In this document: positions 25,100-37,055 of the stretch, in pieces
Position numbering within the stretch: the stretch's first letter is position 1
Layout: each line of letters opens with the position of its first letter
Source of the DNA: Heterodontus francisci
Lineage: Eukaryota
Reading direction: 5' to 3'
NCBI RefSeq assembly: GCF_036365525.1
Contig: NC_090404.1
Span: forward strand, 6,014,001-6,078,000
DNA length: 64,000 nt
Program-made: the position numbers and the translations under genes
The notes under the pieces: generated by a model
Told to the model about the DNA's origin: nothing
The model's database searches: none
The model's input: only the letters and a program-made list of their open reading frames with translations

Positions 25100-28050
25100 G
25101 AAAAACACCCTCTGTCAGGAAAGAAACCTCCTTCCCCAACTACCCCACCACCCGCCCACACTCCAAATACTTTTGCCAATTATTTATTTTGTTAGAGACC
25201 CACTTACCAGAGGAAACAGTTTCTCCTTATCTGTTATATCAAAACATCCCATAATTTTGAATATACCTATTCGGTAACCGTTAACTTTCACTACACTAAG
25301 GGGAACAGTTCAGCTGTGCAATCTCTCTATGTAAATGAACTCCCCCATTCCTGACATAATTCTGCTAAATCTCCTCTGTGCTCTCTCCAAGGCCTTGACA
25401 TCCATCCTAAAATGTGATGGCCAGAATTGTGAAAAAAATGCTCCACTAATTCAGTGATGTGTAAAGCTTTAACATGACTTCTTTGTTTTTGCATTCAGTT
25501 CTCCTTTGAACAAAACAAAATATTCCATTGGCTTTCTCAACCACCTTCAAAACATTGCGAATATGCACCCCAGCTCCCTTTACTTTTTACCCTCTTCAAA
25601 ACAGTACTATTTCGATTACAATAGCTTTCCATGTTGTTTCTTTAAAAGTGCATCACTTCACACTTAGCCGCATTAAATTGCATCTGTTATCTGTCTGCCC
25701 ATTTCACTAGTCTGTCGATGTCCTCCAGAAATCTCTTAGAGTCCTGCTCACTATTTGTTGTTATCATCCTCAAATTTCAAAATTGCACTGCCTTATGTCC
25801 AAGTCCACATCATTATATTTAACAAAAATAAATGGTCCTAATACCGACAGTACTTCATTAATTCCAGTCAGAAAAGCATTGCTTCACTGTTACTCTTTGC
25901 CTCCAATACTTTAGCAAACACCTACCCAGGTTACCACCGACCCTTTAATCCCATGCACTTGTATTTTCTGAATATTCTGTAATGTGGAATGTTATCTCAT
26001 GCCATTCGAAAGTCTATTTGTACATCTATTGCTCCACCAATATCGACAATCTCTGTGACATCACACTGGAGACGGAGCTTTCAGTATCTGGCCAATAAGC
26101 CTCAGATGTTTGAACAGTTCACACAAATGAGAAGTGAAAGGTGACCATTTCAGTAATAAACACTTTAATTATTTTTGCCCTTCGTTGCAAGGAACCCACT
26201 GATATCCATTGGATTTATAATGTTTAAGTGATTCTAATATCAGATACTTATAAAAAAGGAAACCTGTCCTGATGTTCACATTATGGACAATGCAAGTAGC
26301 AACAAGAAGTGACTGTAACGATACAGTTAGCAACACCGATTCTCTGCAAATACTTTGGGGGGGGGGGGGGGGAAGGGGCGGTGAATGGACCATATAAAGA
26401 ACACCTTTCCAGATGACCGATTTTAGGAACCGGATTTAATTCAGAATAATTGAGTTGGAGGGAGAAGCAAACACCGGGAAAGATCTATTCAGCAGAATAA
26501 GATAGAGCACAAATCACAATCCATTGAGCTGCATCGTTTTCTCAAATACTGAGAAGGAAATAGATAGTCTAGAGTCAATGCCATGTCGTCTAAAGCTTTA
26601 ATTCCATAAACTAGGTTGTGTAAAAATTCCCCTTTGAAATCTGTGCACTGAATATGTTAAAAGGGGTCTTCAAACATTTATTATAAACGTACTTTATTCT
26701 CATGGGAACATCAAATATTAGAGTGAAGTCTGGTCGAGGTGTTTTGAATAATGAATAGCTTTAGACAGAAATTCAGAAACAAATTTCCCCAGATCAGTGG
26801 GTTGGACTATGCAGGGCACTTATTTAAAATCATAATCGATTAATGAGGTGAGAGGGTAGACATCTACTTTTCTGCACAGGAGATTGTCAGGATCTGGGAT
26901 GTCCTATCAGAAAGAGTGGGTGAGTAAAATCCATAATAGCTCTATAAAATAACACTTTTGAAAAAATGAGTTGGAAATGGAGCATAAGAAATAGAAGCAG
27001 AAGTAGACCATATGGCCCATCGAGCCTGCTCCACCGTTCAATACGATCATGGCTGATCTTGGGCTTCAATTCCACTTTCCTGCCCGCTCACCATATCCCT
27101 TATCTCCCCGTCAGACCAAAACGCTATCTATTCCAGCCTTAAATGTATTCAACGATGGAGCATCCACAACCCTCGGGGGGAGAGAATTCCAAAGATTCAC
27201 AATACTTTGAGTGAAGTAATTTCTCCTCATCTCAGTCCTGACTGGCCCATTATCCTGAGACTGTGTCCCCGTGTTCTAGATTCCCTGACCAGCGGAAACA
27301 ATCGCTCAGCTTCTACCCTATCAGGCCCTTTCAGAATCTTGTATGTCTCAATTAGATCGCCTCCCATTCTTCTAAACTCCAGCGATTACAGGCCCACCTT
27401 ACTCAGCCTTTCATCATAGTTCAGCCCCCTCATCCCAGGGACCAATTTAGCAAGTTTTCACTGCACTGCCTCCAGTGCAAGTATATCTTTTCTTAAATAT
27501 AGAGACCTGCACACAGTGTTCCAGGTGCAGTCTCACCAAAGCCCTGTGCAATTTTAGTGAGACTTCCTTATTCCTATACTCCAATTCCCTTGAAGAAATG
27601 GTTGTCCTATGATGAGAAGCTGAGTAAATTGGGCTTACATTTTCTGGAGGATGAGAGGCAATCTCATTAAAACATCCAAGATTCTGAATGGGGGACTATA
27701 GGGTAGACTCTGAGATATTGATTTCCATGGTCAGGGAATATAAAACATGGGAACACCATCTCGGGATGATCGGCTTATCATGTAGGACTGAGATGAGGAG
27801 CAATTACTTCACTCAAAGGGTTGTGAATTTTTGGAATTCTCTACCCCAAAGGGCCGTGGATGCGTCATAGTTGAATGTATTTAAGGCTGGGATTAACAGA
27901 TTCTTGGCCTCTCTGGGAATCAAGGGATGTGGGGATCTGGCGGGAAAGTGGAGTTAAAGTGCAAGTTCAGCCACGATTGTACTGAATAATGGAACAGGAT
28001 CGATGGGCCATCGGGGCTACTCCACTGCTATTTCTTGTGTTCTTATGATA
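25100..28050. mobile_element. Several CR1 fragments in both orientations in the J-C intron
   Basis: CR1 RT C-terminal and 3' tail similarity, e.g. NYFTQRVVNFWNSLPQRAV at 27688-27870. Confidence 0.7.
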
Positions 28051-28558
28051 GTCAAGTTTCGAGTTTATAATAATATTGGAATCACACATTACGATGGCAC
28101 TTTTGCAGACTAGTTACTTTTTTTTGTTGAGGGGCTGGAGGAGTGGAGGACCCAGAAGTCAGTTTGCACACAGCAAATTTCCAAAAACTGCATTGATAAA
28201 TGACGATTTCTTTTTTAAGGTGCTGTTGATTGAGAAATAAATACTAGCCAAAGTGGTGGAGAAACTGCTCTGCTCTTCTATATTAATCCAATGAAAAGTA
28301 CTTCATTGAAATTACTTCAAACGGTTCTTATTTTTGTCATGTGGCAGAGCTCGGTACAGAGAGATGTGTTCCTGACCAGGGGTCCGACAGGTGATGATCA
28401 CCAAATGATGGAACTGATAGAAGCTCAGATGTGGATGAAGGTTTTAATCAGAAAATATTGGAATTCGTTTCTAACTGGAGTAATATTTCGAGTCCATTAG
28501 TTACTTTATGAGCATGAATCACAGAGTCTAACTTGTTCAATCTGCCATTCTTCCCCAG

Positions 28559-28858
28559 CGACACCGTCTCCCCCAACCCTCTACGGCCTGTTCTCCTCCT
28601 GTGAACAACCCAACACCGACAGCTCCGTGGCCTACGGCTGTTTGGCGATGGACTACACCCCTGAAATCACTACCGTTTCCTGGAAGAAAGATAAAGAGCC
28701 GATCACCACTCGATTGAAGAATTACTCGTCAGTGCTGAACAAGAAGGGAACCTACACCCTGAGCAGCCAATTAACCATCACCGAGTCAGAGGTGGGAAGC
28801 AGCAAAATCTACTGCGAGGTTCGACGCGGAGAGTCAGTCTGGATCAAAGAAATTCCAG
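28559..28858 (+). CDS. IGHM: IgM heavy chain Cmu1 exon (locus 1)
   Basis: CCCCAG|CG acceptor; [17 protein letters not shown]...YGCLAMD...WKK...[17 protein letters not shown]; G|GTTAGT donor. Confidence 0.97.
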
Positions 28859-29072
28859 GTTAGTGTTGTGGAAACTGTGAAAAACAAAAAAGCTACAACA
28901 AGCTTGAGTGCAGCCTTGGCTATATCACATTTAGAGCACCATGTACAGTTCTTATCCCTGGAAACTCCAGTTAGTGTCTGCTTGACAGCAAAGAATCTGT
29001 AAAAATATAAGAACAGTTTGCATTATGTATTAATTTCCTCTGCAATAAATGTCTAACATGTATTTTTTGAAG

Positions 29073-29390
29073 ATCTTCAAAATGACATCGTCCATCCAAC
29101 TATTATCCTCACCCTGAGTTCCAGTGAAGAAATCACAAGCAGCAGATTTGCAACTGTCGTGTGTTCAATCATCGATTTCCATCCAGAGTCAATAACCGTG
29201 AGTTGGTTGAAGGATGGACAACCCATGGATTCGGGCTTCGTCACCTCTCCCGCCTGTGAAGCGAACGGGAACTTCTCGGCGACCAGCCGGCTGACTGTCC
29301 CCGCTGGGGAATGGTTCACCAACACGGTCTATACCTGCCAGGTCTTCCATCAAGAGGTCACCCAAAGCCGAAACATCACCGGATCTCAGG
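29073..29390 (+). CDS. IGHM: Cmu2 exon (locus 1)
   Basis: TTGAAG|AT; [10 protein letters not shown]...[20 protein letters not shown]...YTCQV...ITGSQ; G|GTAAG. Confidence 0.97.
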
Positions 29391-30149
29391 GTAAGAGACA
29401 CAAACCGAGGCAGCTCCGGATCATTCTGTGCCCCATGTTAAAGTCAAGATTTTATTGGAATTAGTAAAAAGCACAGAACTGTTACTAATTTACCATCATG
29501 TAGTTTTTTTTGCTTCATTTAGCTATGAGTGCTGAATTAGGATTGCTGACGGTTCAGCATGTCATCACATCACCAAAGAATGTTTCCCTCTGCTTTGATG
29601 TCATACAGTGAGTGAGGTGGCCTTGATTTCAGGTTTATTCTGAGTCGGCTGATGGTATTCGGAGCGGCAATTGGTGTCTGGAACCCTTTACCGGTAACAG
29701 TCTCGGGATCAAGTGCCAGAAAGAGTATCTATCCGATTGAGAAAACTGTTCAATTCTGGGCTCAGGAGGAATATATTGGACCTGGGAGTGGTACAATGCA
29801 GATTCACTGGATTGATAGCGGGGCTGACTAGGTTAAATTATGAGGGCAGTTCTCACAGACCAAACTGTTGCTCCTTTAATTATAGAAGATTAAAGGGTGA
29901 TCTGATTGAATTGTTTTTAAGCTGTTTACTGGAACTAAGGGAGTAGATGGAGAAAAATATTTCCTCTGGTGGAGACCCCAGAACGAATGAAAGCAAGGCC
30001 GTTCAGGGATGATATCAGGAAGGAGCTGTTCACAGGGCGGGTAGCTGAAATCTGAACTTCTCTCGCCCAAATTCGTGTTGAGACTTGGCATCAATTGAAA
30101 ATGTCAATTTTGAGATTGATAGATTTATGTTAGGCAAGGGTATTCAGGA

Positions 30150-31845
30150 TTTTTCCATTCGTTTCATGGGATGTGGGCATCGCTGACAAGGCCAACATTT
30201 GTTGTCCATCCTTGATTTCTCTTGAAGGGGTGGTGGTGGGCTGCCTTCTTGAACTACAGCAGTCCATCTGGTGTGTTAGGGAGGAAGTTTCATGATTTTG
30301 ACCCAATGACAGGTGATATAGTTCCAAGTCAGGATGGTGTGTGACTTGGAGGAGCACTTTCAGATGCTGGTGTGCCCATACGTTTGCTGCCCTTGTCCTT
30401 CTAGGTGGAAGAAGTCGCATACTTGGAACGTGCTGTTGAAAGAGGCGTGGTGAGTTACTGCAGTGCACCTTGTATATGGTACACGTTGCTGCACCATGCG
30501 TCGGTGGTGGAGCGAGTGAATGTTTAAGGTGCCTAAATAGGGTGTCGATCAAGCGGGCTGCTTTGTCCCGGATGGTGTCGAGCTTCCTTAGTATCGCTGG
30601 AGCCGCATTTATCCAGGCAAGTGGAGAGTATTCCATCACATTCCTGACTTGTGTCTTGTAGATGGTGGATCGGCTTTGGGGAGTCAGGAGGTGAGTTACT
30701 CTCTGCACAATTTCTAGCCTCTGACCTGCTCTTGTAGCCACAGTATTTATGTGGCTATAGCTGTTCAATCTCTAGTCAATGTTAATCCCGAGGATGCTGA
30801 TAGTTTGGGATTACGCAATGGAAATGCCACTGAATGTCAAGGGGAGATGGTTAGATTCCCTATTGCTGGAGATCGCCATTGCCTGGCACTTGTGTGGCAC
30901 GAATGTTGCTTGCCATTTATGATCCCTAGCCTGAATGCTGTTAAGGTCTTATTGCAGGACATGGGCTGCATTAGTATCTGAGGAGGTGCGAATGGTACTG
31001 AACATTGTACAATCATCAGAAAACATCCCCACTTCTGACCTTATGACTGAGGGAAGGGCATTGATGAAGCAGCTGAATATGGTTGGGCCTAGGACGGTAT
31101 CCTGACAAACTCCTGCAGCGATGTCCTGGGGCTGAGATAATTGGCCTCCCACAACCACAACCACAACCATCTTCCTTTGCGTTAGGTATGACTCCAACTG
31201 GTGGAGAGTTTTCCCCCTGTTTCCCATTGATTTCAATTTGGCGAGGGCTTCTTGGTGCCACACTCGGTCAAATGCTGCCTTGGTATCAAGGGCGATCACT
31301 CCCGCATCTCTTCTTGAGTTCAGCTCTTTCGTCCATGTTTGCACGAAGGTTGCAAAGAGGCCAGGTGGCATTTGACACTGACAGAACCCAAACTGAGCAT
31401 CAGCGAGTAGATTTTTGCAGTTTAAATGGCACTTGACATCACTTTGCTGATGATCAAGAGTAGACTGACGGGGAGATAGTTGGCCCCTTTAGCCAGTAGT
31501 GGTGTTACCAAGCCACTCTTGGTGATGGACATTGACGTCCCACACCGAGAGAACATTCGGTGCCCTTGCAACCCTCAGTGCTTCTTCCAAGTGGCGTTCA
31601 ACATGGAGGAGTACAATTCAACATCTAAGGGACCGGGCGGTAGGTAGTAATCAGCAGGAGGTTTATTTGCCCATGTTTGACCTAATGCCACGAGAATTCA
31701 TGGGATCTGGAGTCAATGTTGAGGACTCCCAGGGCAATTCCTTCCCGACTGTATACCGCTGTGCCGCCACCTCTGATGAGTCTGTTCTATGGTGGGACAG
31801 GACATGCCTAGGGATAGTGTTGATGGTGTCTGGGATGACATATGT
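30150..31845 (-). mobile_element. CR1/L2-group LINE RT fragment inserted in an older CR1 within the Cmu2-Cmu3 intron (absent from the paralog)
   Basis: ALDTKAAFDRVWHQ...LGPTIFSCFIN...FSDDCTMF; the paralog intron (54430-54970) has the uninterrupted host CR1. Confidence 0.85.
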
Positions 31846-32615
31846 GTAAACAGAATTAAGAAATTAAGATACATATCAATATCAGTCAATTGAATGGTGG
31901 AAATGGCTCGAAGGGCTGAATGGCCTACTCTTTATCCTTTGGTTCTATTACTGCCCTGTGGTCAGATTTCCTTTTGACTCCATACTGACGCATGAGGAGT
32001 ACTCACTCAAGACAGATTTTAGCAAACTACCTCACACCCTGATTACAAATTATTCTGCACCATAAAAAGACTCCTTCGAACCGCAGTTTTCCGACCTATA
32101 ACCCCTCCTTTTACCGGTTCCTGCGCTTTTTCATCTCCACAAATACCGTACAAGGCACCAGAAAATTAACTTTGTTTCCTGTTGCGCCTAAAATTCGGAA
32201 TTTCATTGGACGCTTGTTTGAGGCAGCGTAATTTGCATGTATATCTCGTGCCCTTGGGTGACAGAGCCACTATATTCACCGGAGATGCGATCCAGCGGGA
32301 GCATTGATAGATGGGCAGAAATGAGCCTAGGATTTCAGGAAGAACGTTATTCTGTACGAAACAGAATTGCTTCCGCAATTATTCGGTATTTACGCCGGGT
32401 ACTTGCTTCAAAGCCCATTACAGGTTTCTTTGGGTGTAAGTACACAATACATGTTATAGGATGTCGCAGAAGTTTTTCAAATCATTGCTCTTCTAATAAA
32501 CAATGATGTTTAAGCAAAAGATTTGTTTTTCCTCTCCTGAAAAAAGTGAAGGTTGAATACTGGTGTGCTGATTCTGAAGATGGAGCTTTTCATGACTTCC
32601 ATTTCTGTTTTACAG

Positions 32616-32924
32616 TTCCTTCCTCATGCAATGATCCAGTAATTAAACTACTGCCACCACCAATGGAACAGGTCTTACTGGAGGCGACGGTGACCTTAAC
32701 CTGTGTCGTGTCTAATGCTCCTTATGGAGTCAACGTGTCCTGGACCAAAGAAATGAAGCCTTTGAAATCAAAGATTGCCGTCCAACCCGGAGAGGATCCC
32801 GACAGTGTGATCAGCACCATAAACATCTCGACACAATCCTGGCTGAGTGGGGTTGAGTTCTACTGTGTGGTGAGCCATCAGGATCTGCCGACTCCTCTCA
32901 GAGATTCCATCCACAAGGAAGAAG
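32616..32924 (+). CDS. IGHM: Cmu3 exon (locus 1)
   Basis: TTTTACAG|TT; [15 protein letters not shown]...LTCVVS...[22 protein letters not shown]; G|GTGAAA. Confidence 0.97.
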
Positions 32925-33415
32925 GTGAAAATGAGATTGAAGCAATAAGTGAGAGGTTGTGCTTATTTCTAGTGTTTGTGCAAGGGACAATTAGTCCTTT
33001 TAGGTTGTCTAATGGATTACTGTGATAATTTAATTGTAATTCAACTAACGAAACTCTCTGGAATCATAGGTGATGTATATCAGCAGAAACTAGATAAGTA
33101 GATGATGGAGAAAGGAATAGAAGGAGATGAAGTAAAGTGGGAGGAGGTTCGCATGCAGCTTAAACGCCAGCGCAGACTAGTTGGGTAGTTGGGCCGAATG
33201 GCCTGTTCCTGTGCTGTGAATTCAATGTAATTTTCCAGCTAATCCTTTCAGTTCTCAGCGAGAAGAATTGCATCCGCCTCTGCTCCAGGCTGGAAAACAG
33301 AACAGGTCCCTGGGAGGAAAAGGAAAACCTTTAACATTTCTCTCACATCTAACCACCGGTTTCATTGTCTCTGAAATTCTCCACTTTTTTGATACTTATT
33401 TTAATGTTTCTGCAG

Positions 33416-33807
33416 TTAAAGATCTGCGGGAACCGTCCGTATCTGTCCTCCTGCCCCCGGCAGAAGAAGTCTCCGCTCAGAGTTTCCTCTCCCTCACCTG
33501 CTTAGTGAGAGGTTTCTCCCCCCGAGAGATCTTCGTCAAGTGGACCGTCAATGACAAGTCGGTGAATCCTGGCAACTACAAGAACACCGAGGTGATGGCG
33601 GAGAACGACAATAGCTCCTTCTTCATCTACAGCCTGTTATCCATTGCAGCGGAGGAGTGGGCCAGCGGCGCTTCTTACTCCTGTGTGGTGGGACATGAAG
33701 CGATCCCCTTGAAGATCATCAACAGAACAGTTAATAAATCCAGCGGTAAACCGAGTTTTGTGAACATTTCCCTTGCACTGATGGATACTGTTAATTCATG
33801 TCAATGA
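33416..33807 (+). CDS. IGHM: Cmu4 plus secretory tail; internal donor for the membrane form after 33745 (AGCG|GTAAA)
   Basis: VKDLREPSV...[17 protein letters not shown]...[11 protein letters not shown]...[23 protein letters not shown]; NIS sequon and penultimate Cys. Confidence 0.97.
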
Positions 33808-33835
33808 ACATCTTTGTATTGCATTTCAGTTCGAA

Positions 33836-33841
33836 AATAAA
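33836..33841 (+). terminator. Poly(A) signal of the secreted form
   Basis: AATAAA ~30 nt after the stop, with a downstream GT/T-rich stretch. Confidence 0.75.
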
Positions 33842-34629
33842 AAGGTATTTTGTTCCAACCGTCAGTGGCAACCCACAGCGGTTCAATTAATTTGGTTCCC
33901 TATTTTTGCCAAGAGAAGGGCTGTTCATCTGAAGTAGGGGGTTTGCTTGGAGCAGGCCGAAGTCTTGTGCAGCCAACCTAGATACACCATGGATACGAGT
34001 CAGAGTGACACTATTTCATTACAGGATTCCGCAAAGTAACTTCAGCGACTTTCCTCCCGCTGAAGAGAAACTCGACAGTTCCCAATTTTGATAAAGAAAA
34101 GCAGAGCATTTAGATCCCGGAGTCACTGTTCCGCATGTTGTCCATCACTGCAGAATTAGGGCCAATTTTAATTTTGCAGTGTCACACCCTCTGGGAACTG
34201 AAGTGAGGATCATAAACGAATAGGAACTGTATCCCCACTCCCCCCGAGGGAGACAGGAGAGGGCAATTGTTAATCCACTGTACTCGCATTCTCCCACCAG
34301 AGAGAGGGGAAGTGAACCACTCTATTATATGGATTCAGTTGTGATCAGTTCAAATTCAGCTTGTAACTCACTGTGCGAAGTTTATAGAATTGTGAAAAGG
34401 GAATTATATTATAACATTCATATTTGTACAACGTAATGTTATGAAATCATGTTCGGGGGCACATTTGCCCTTCTTAATCCAAAACTAAAATATTGAATTA
34501 GCATACGCCAAATCTAAACTGATGCTTGAATCACTTTTGGCTCTCTCACGGTTCTCTTTCTGATGTTTATGAGGCTATTCGGTTGAATTGTTGAATTCCA
34601 TCGGCCGATGTCACATTGCATCTCAAAGA

Positions 34630-35740
34630 GAACACATTTACACACAATGAGGAAGAATATTCCCCATAAAGCACATGGTTATTGGTACGTGGCGAAAATC
34701 TGAACAATAGTAAAATTTCATACACAAACGCAAAAACACATATAAAATATTTGCACATAAACACACATATTAACAAAGACACACATATATCAACACATTA
34801 AGAACACGCATAACATTAACTGATTTACACACAAACGCACACATTCGCACACTCACAGCAGCACACAAATAAACATGGGTATTAACGCATACATAAATAC
34901 AGTGAACAAACATACATTAACACAGTCATACAGGCATAAGCACAACACACACATCAATCCACTCACGCTCACACACACACACATACAAACAAACACCCCG
35001 AAATATATAAATGCAACACACTGACATCCTCAAATACACACATGGACACGCAGCCACGTTCGTAAACACACATAGGCACACTGAAAAACGGACGCATTAA
35101 CAAATTCACACAAACGTAAACACACAGTCACGTACCTCAACACACACACACATAAACAGAATGATGAACATCCCCATTTACACGATCATATATACTCATT
35201 AACACAATAAACACTCATTCTATTGTTACCTCATAAACAAGTGGCCACACAAAGTCAAATATCAACGAACGACACAACAGGCATGGACAACGAAACGCAC
35301 TCATAAACAAACACGCTCACACATACATGGACCCACACATACACAAGCATACACGTTAACACACACACATAAAAGGACACGCAAGCGCACACATAAACAA
35401 ACACACGGACAGACACCCAAACGCACACATAAACATTCATCTTCTTGGCATTTCTTCGTGGATGAACATTTTAGGAAGGTTTCGCTCATGGGTTGCAGGC
35501 CCGCTGGTGGCTAGTCAGGCCTAGCCGTGACCGCAACACATAAACACTCAAGAACACACGTTAACATACACACAGTAAAAGGACTCAACTAGACACATTA
35601 ACACACTCATGGCCACACAAACACACACATTATCACGCTCGCGCACATAAATGGACTCACAAAGACAGAAAAAAGCAAAGCACGAGATAGACATGCACAC
35701 ATTAAAACACGGATACAAAAGCACCACATGATACACCTAT
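34630..35740 (+). repeat. Degenerate (CA)n-rich tract, interrupted by a ~100-bp insertion (~35437-35535)
   Basis: CA-rich low complexity; ACACATAAACA duplicated on both sides of the insert. Confidence 0.85.
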
Positions 35741-36322
35741 GTAGAATTAAATTATACTTTATGATTGAGCGAAGTCTCCAACAATTGCCCTAAATAAATA
35801 ATTTCTGACACCATAATATTTCACTGGTCTTTATGCCGGTGCTAAAACACACTGAAAAAATGTTCTCAGTTAAAAACTGATACAAGTTAAAGCTGTTCAT
35901 TGGATTTCCACCATAGGATTTGAACCATCAGCCGATTCTCAATCAGCATCCTTGACGGTCTCCAACTAAGTTGCTATCGAAACATAACGCATGCATGATC
36001 TATATCCAATCAGCTACCTCACCTTAATATTCACGAATGTTAGATTGTCCGAGATTAACCCAAAATAAATTAGCGTCTGACAACAAAGAAAAAAATAAAT
36101 AAGATTTTCCAGCACGAAATGTATGAGGATCTTAAAGGAAGAACGGTTGTGGTATCAGGAACAGGCTGAGAGTCATTCATTTAAAGCCAGATATACATTG
36201 AAGATTAAATTACAGAACAAAATGGTATCTCAGAGAAATTATAAGAAAACAGAATATAATAATTATATGAAATCCTGGATTAATAAACGACCTGAATATA
36301 TTTCCTCCTCAACACCCTGTAG

Positions 36323-36450
36323 GTTCCTCCGGCCACGTCTGGATTGAAGACTATGAAGAAGAAAGATGCAACATCAGGACAGCCACGTCCACATACATCA
36401 TCCTGTTCCTCCTGAGCATATTCTACAGTGTTGCCCTCACTCTGGTGAAG
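36323..36450 (+). CDS. IGHM: TM1 exon copy A (intact, divergent)
   Basis: CTGTAG| acceptor; (G)SSGHVWIEDYEEERCNIRTATSTYIILFLLSIFYSVALTLVK; |GTGAG donor; 128 nt, in phase with the Cmu4 donor. Confidence 0.88.
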
Positions 36451-37055
36451 GTGAGAAGATTCGATCCACTCGCACCCACAAGAGCCTGGGGTCCATCTGA
36501 CACATTCACACTGGGAAGTAGTGAGCCTGGTAATCATTCAAAGTGTTTGAGGCCTATCTGATAAAGCAGGGAGCAAAGATCTTGTGAATGATACCCAGAG
36601 TCTGGGGACTACTGGACTGATAGACTCTCTCTTTCCCATTTCTGTTATAGAAGACGGAACGATGAACAGAAAGACTGTATCTGAGGGAGAGGGGATGAGG
36701 GATAACACATTATATGCATGTACATTTGGAAGGTTCATCTCCCTAACATTGCCAGAAACAGTTTGTGTGAAAGCTGGAAAAAGTGAAATTCTGACAGAAT
36801 AACATTTATATTTGTATAGGGAGTGGGGCCCTGCTCTCGGGCAGGAAAAGTGTAGAAAGCATTTTCCTTTTGAATGAGTTCCTTCGAAGGATCCCGAGTC
36901 CAAATGGACCACACAGACTGAAGACACGAATAGTCTGCGCTAGAGTAATCACTTCCAACACTTCAACATCTCGGCAGCACTAATTAAGCCTGACTCTGTC
37001 TGCTGCTTCCTTGACAACATTTCTCTATGTTCTGAGACATTTTCTCTGATACGAT

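Noticed and set aside
32231-32238. Perfect octamer ATTTGCAT in the Cmu2-Cmu3 intron
   Set aside because: Not conserved at the homologous position in locus 2; an 8-mer is expected by chance in 64 kb
19497-33807. IgW, IgNAR or TCR-delta-associated V identity
   Set aside because: Four C exons, a mu-type secretory tail with penultimate Cys and a conventional VH with WVRQ FR2 indicate IgM
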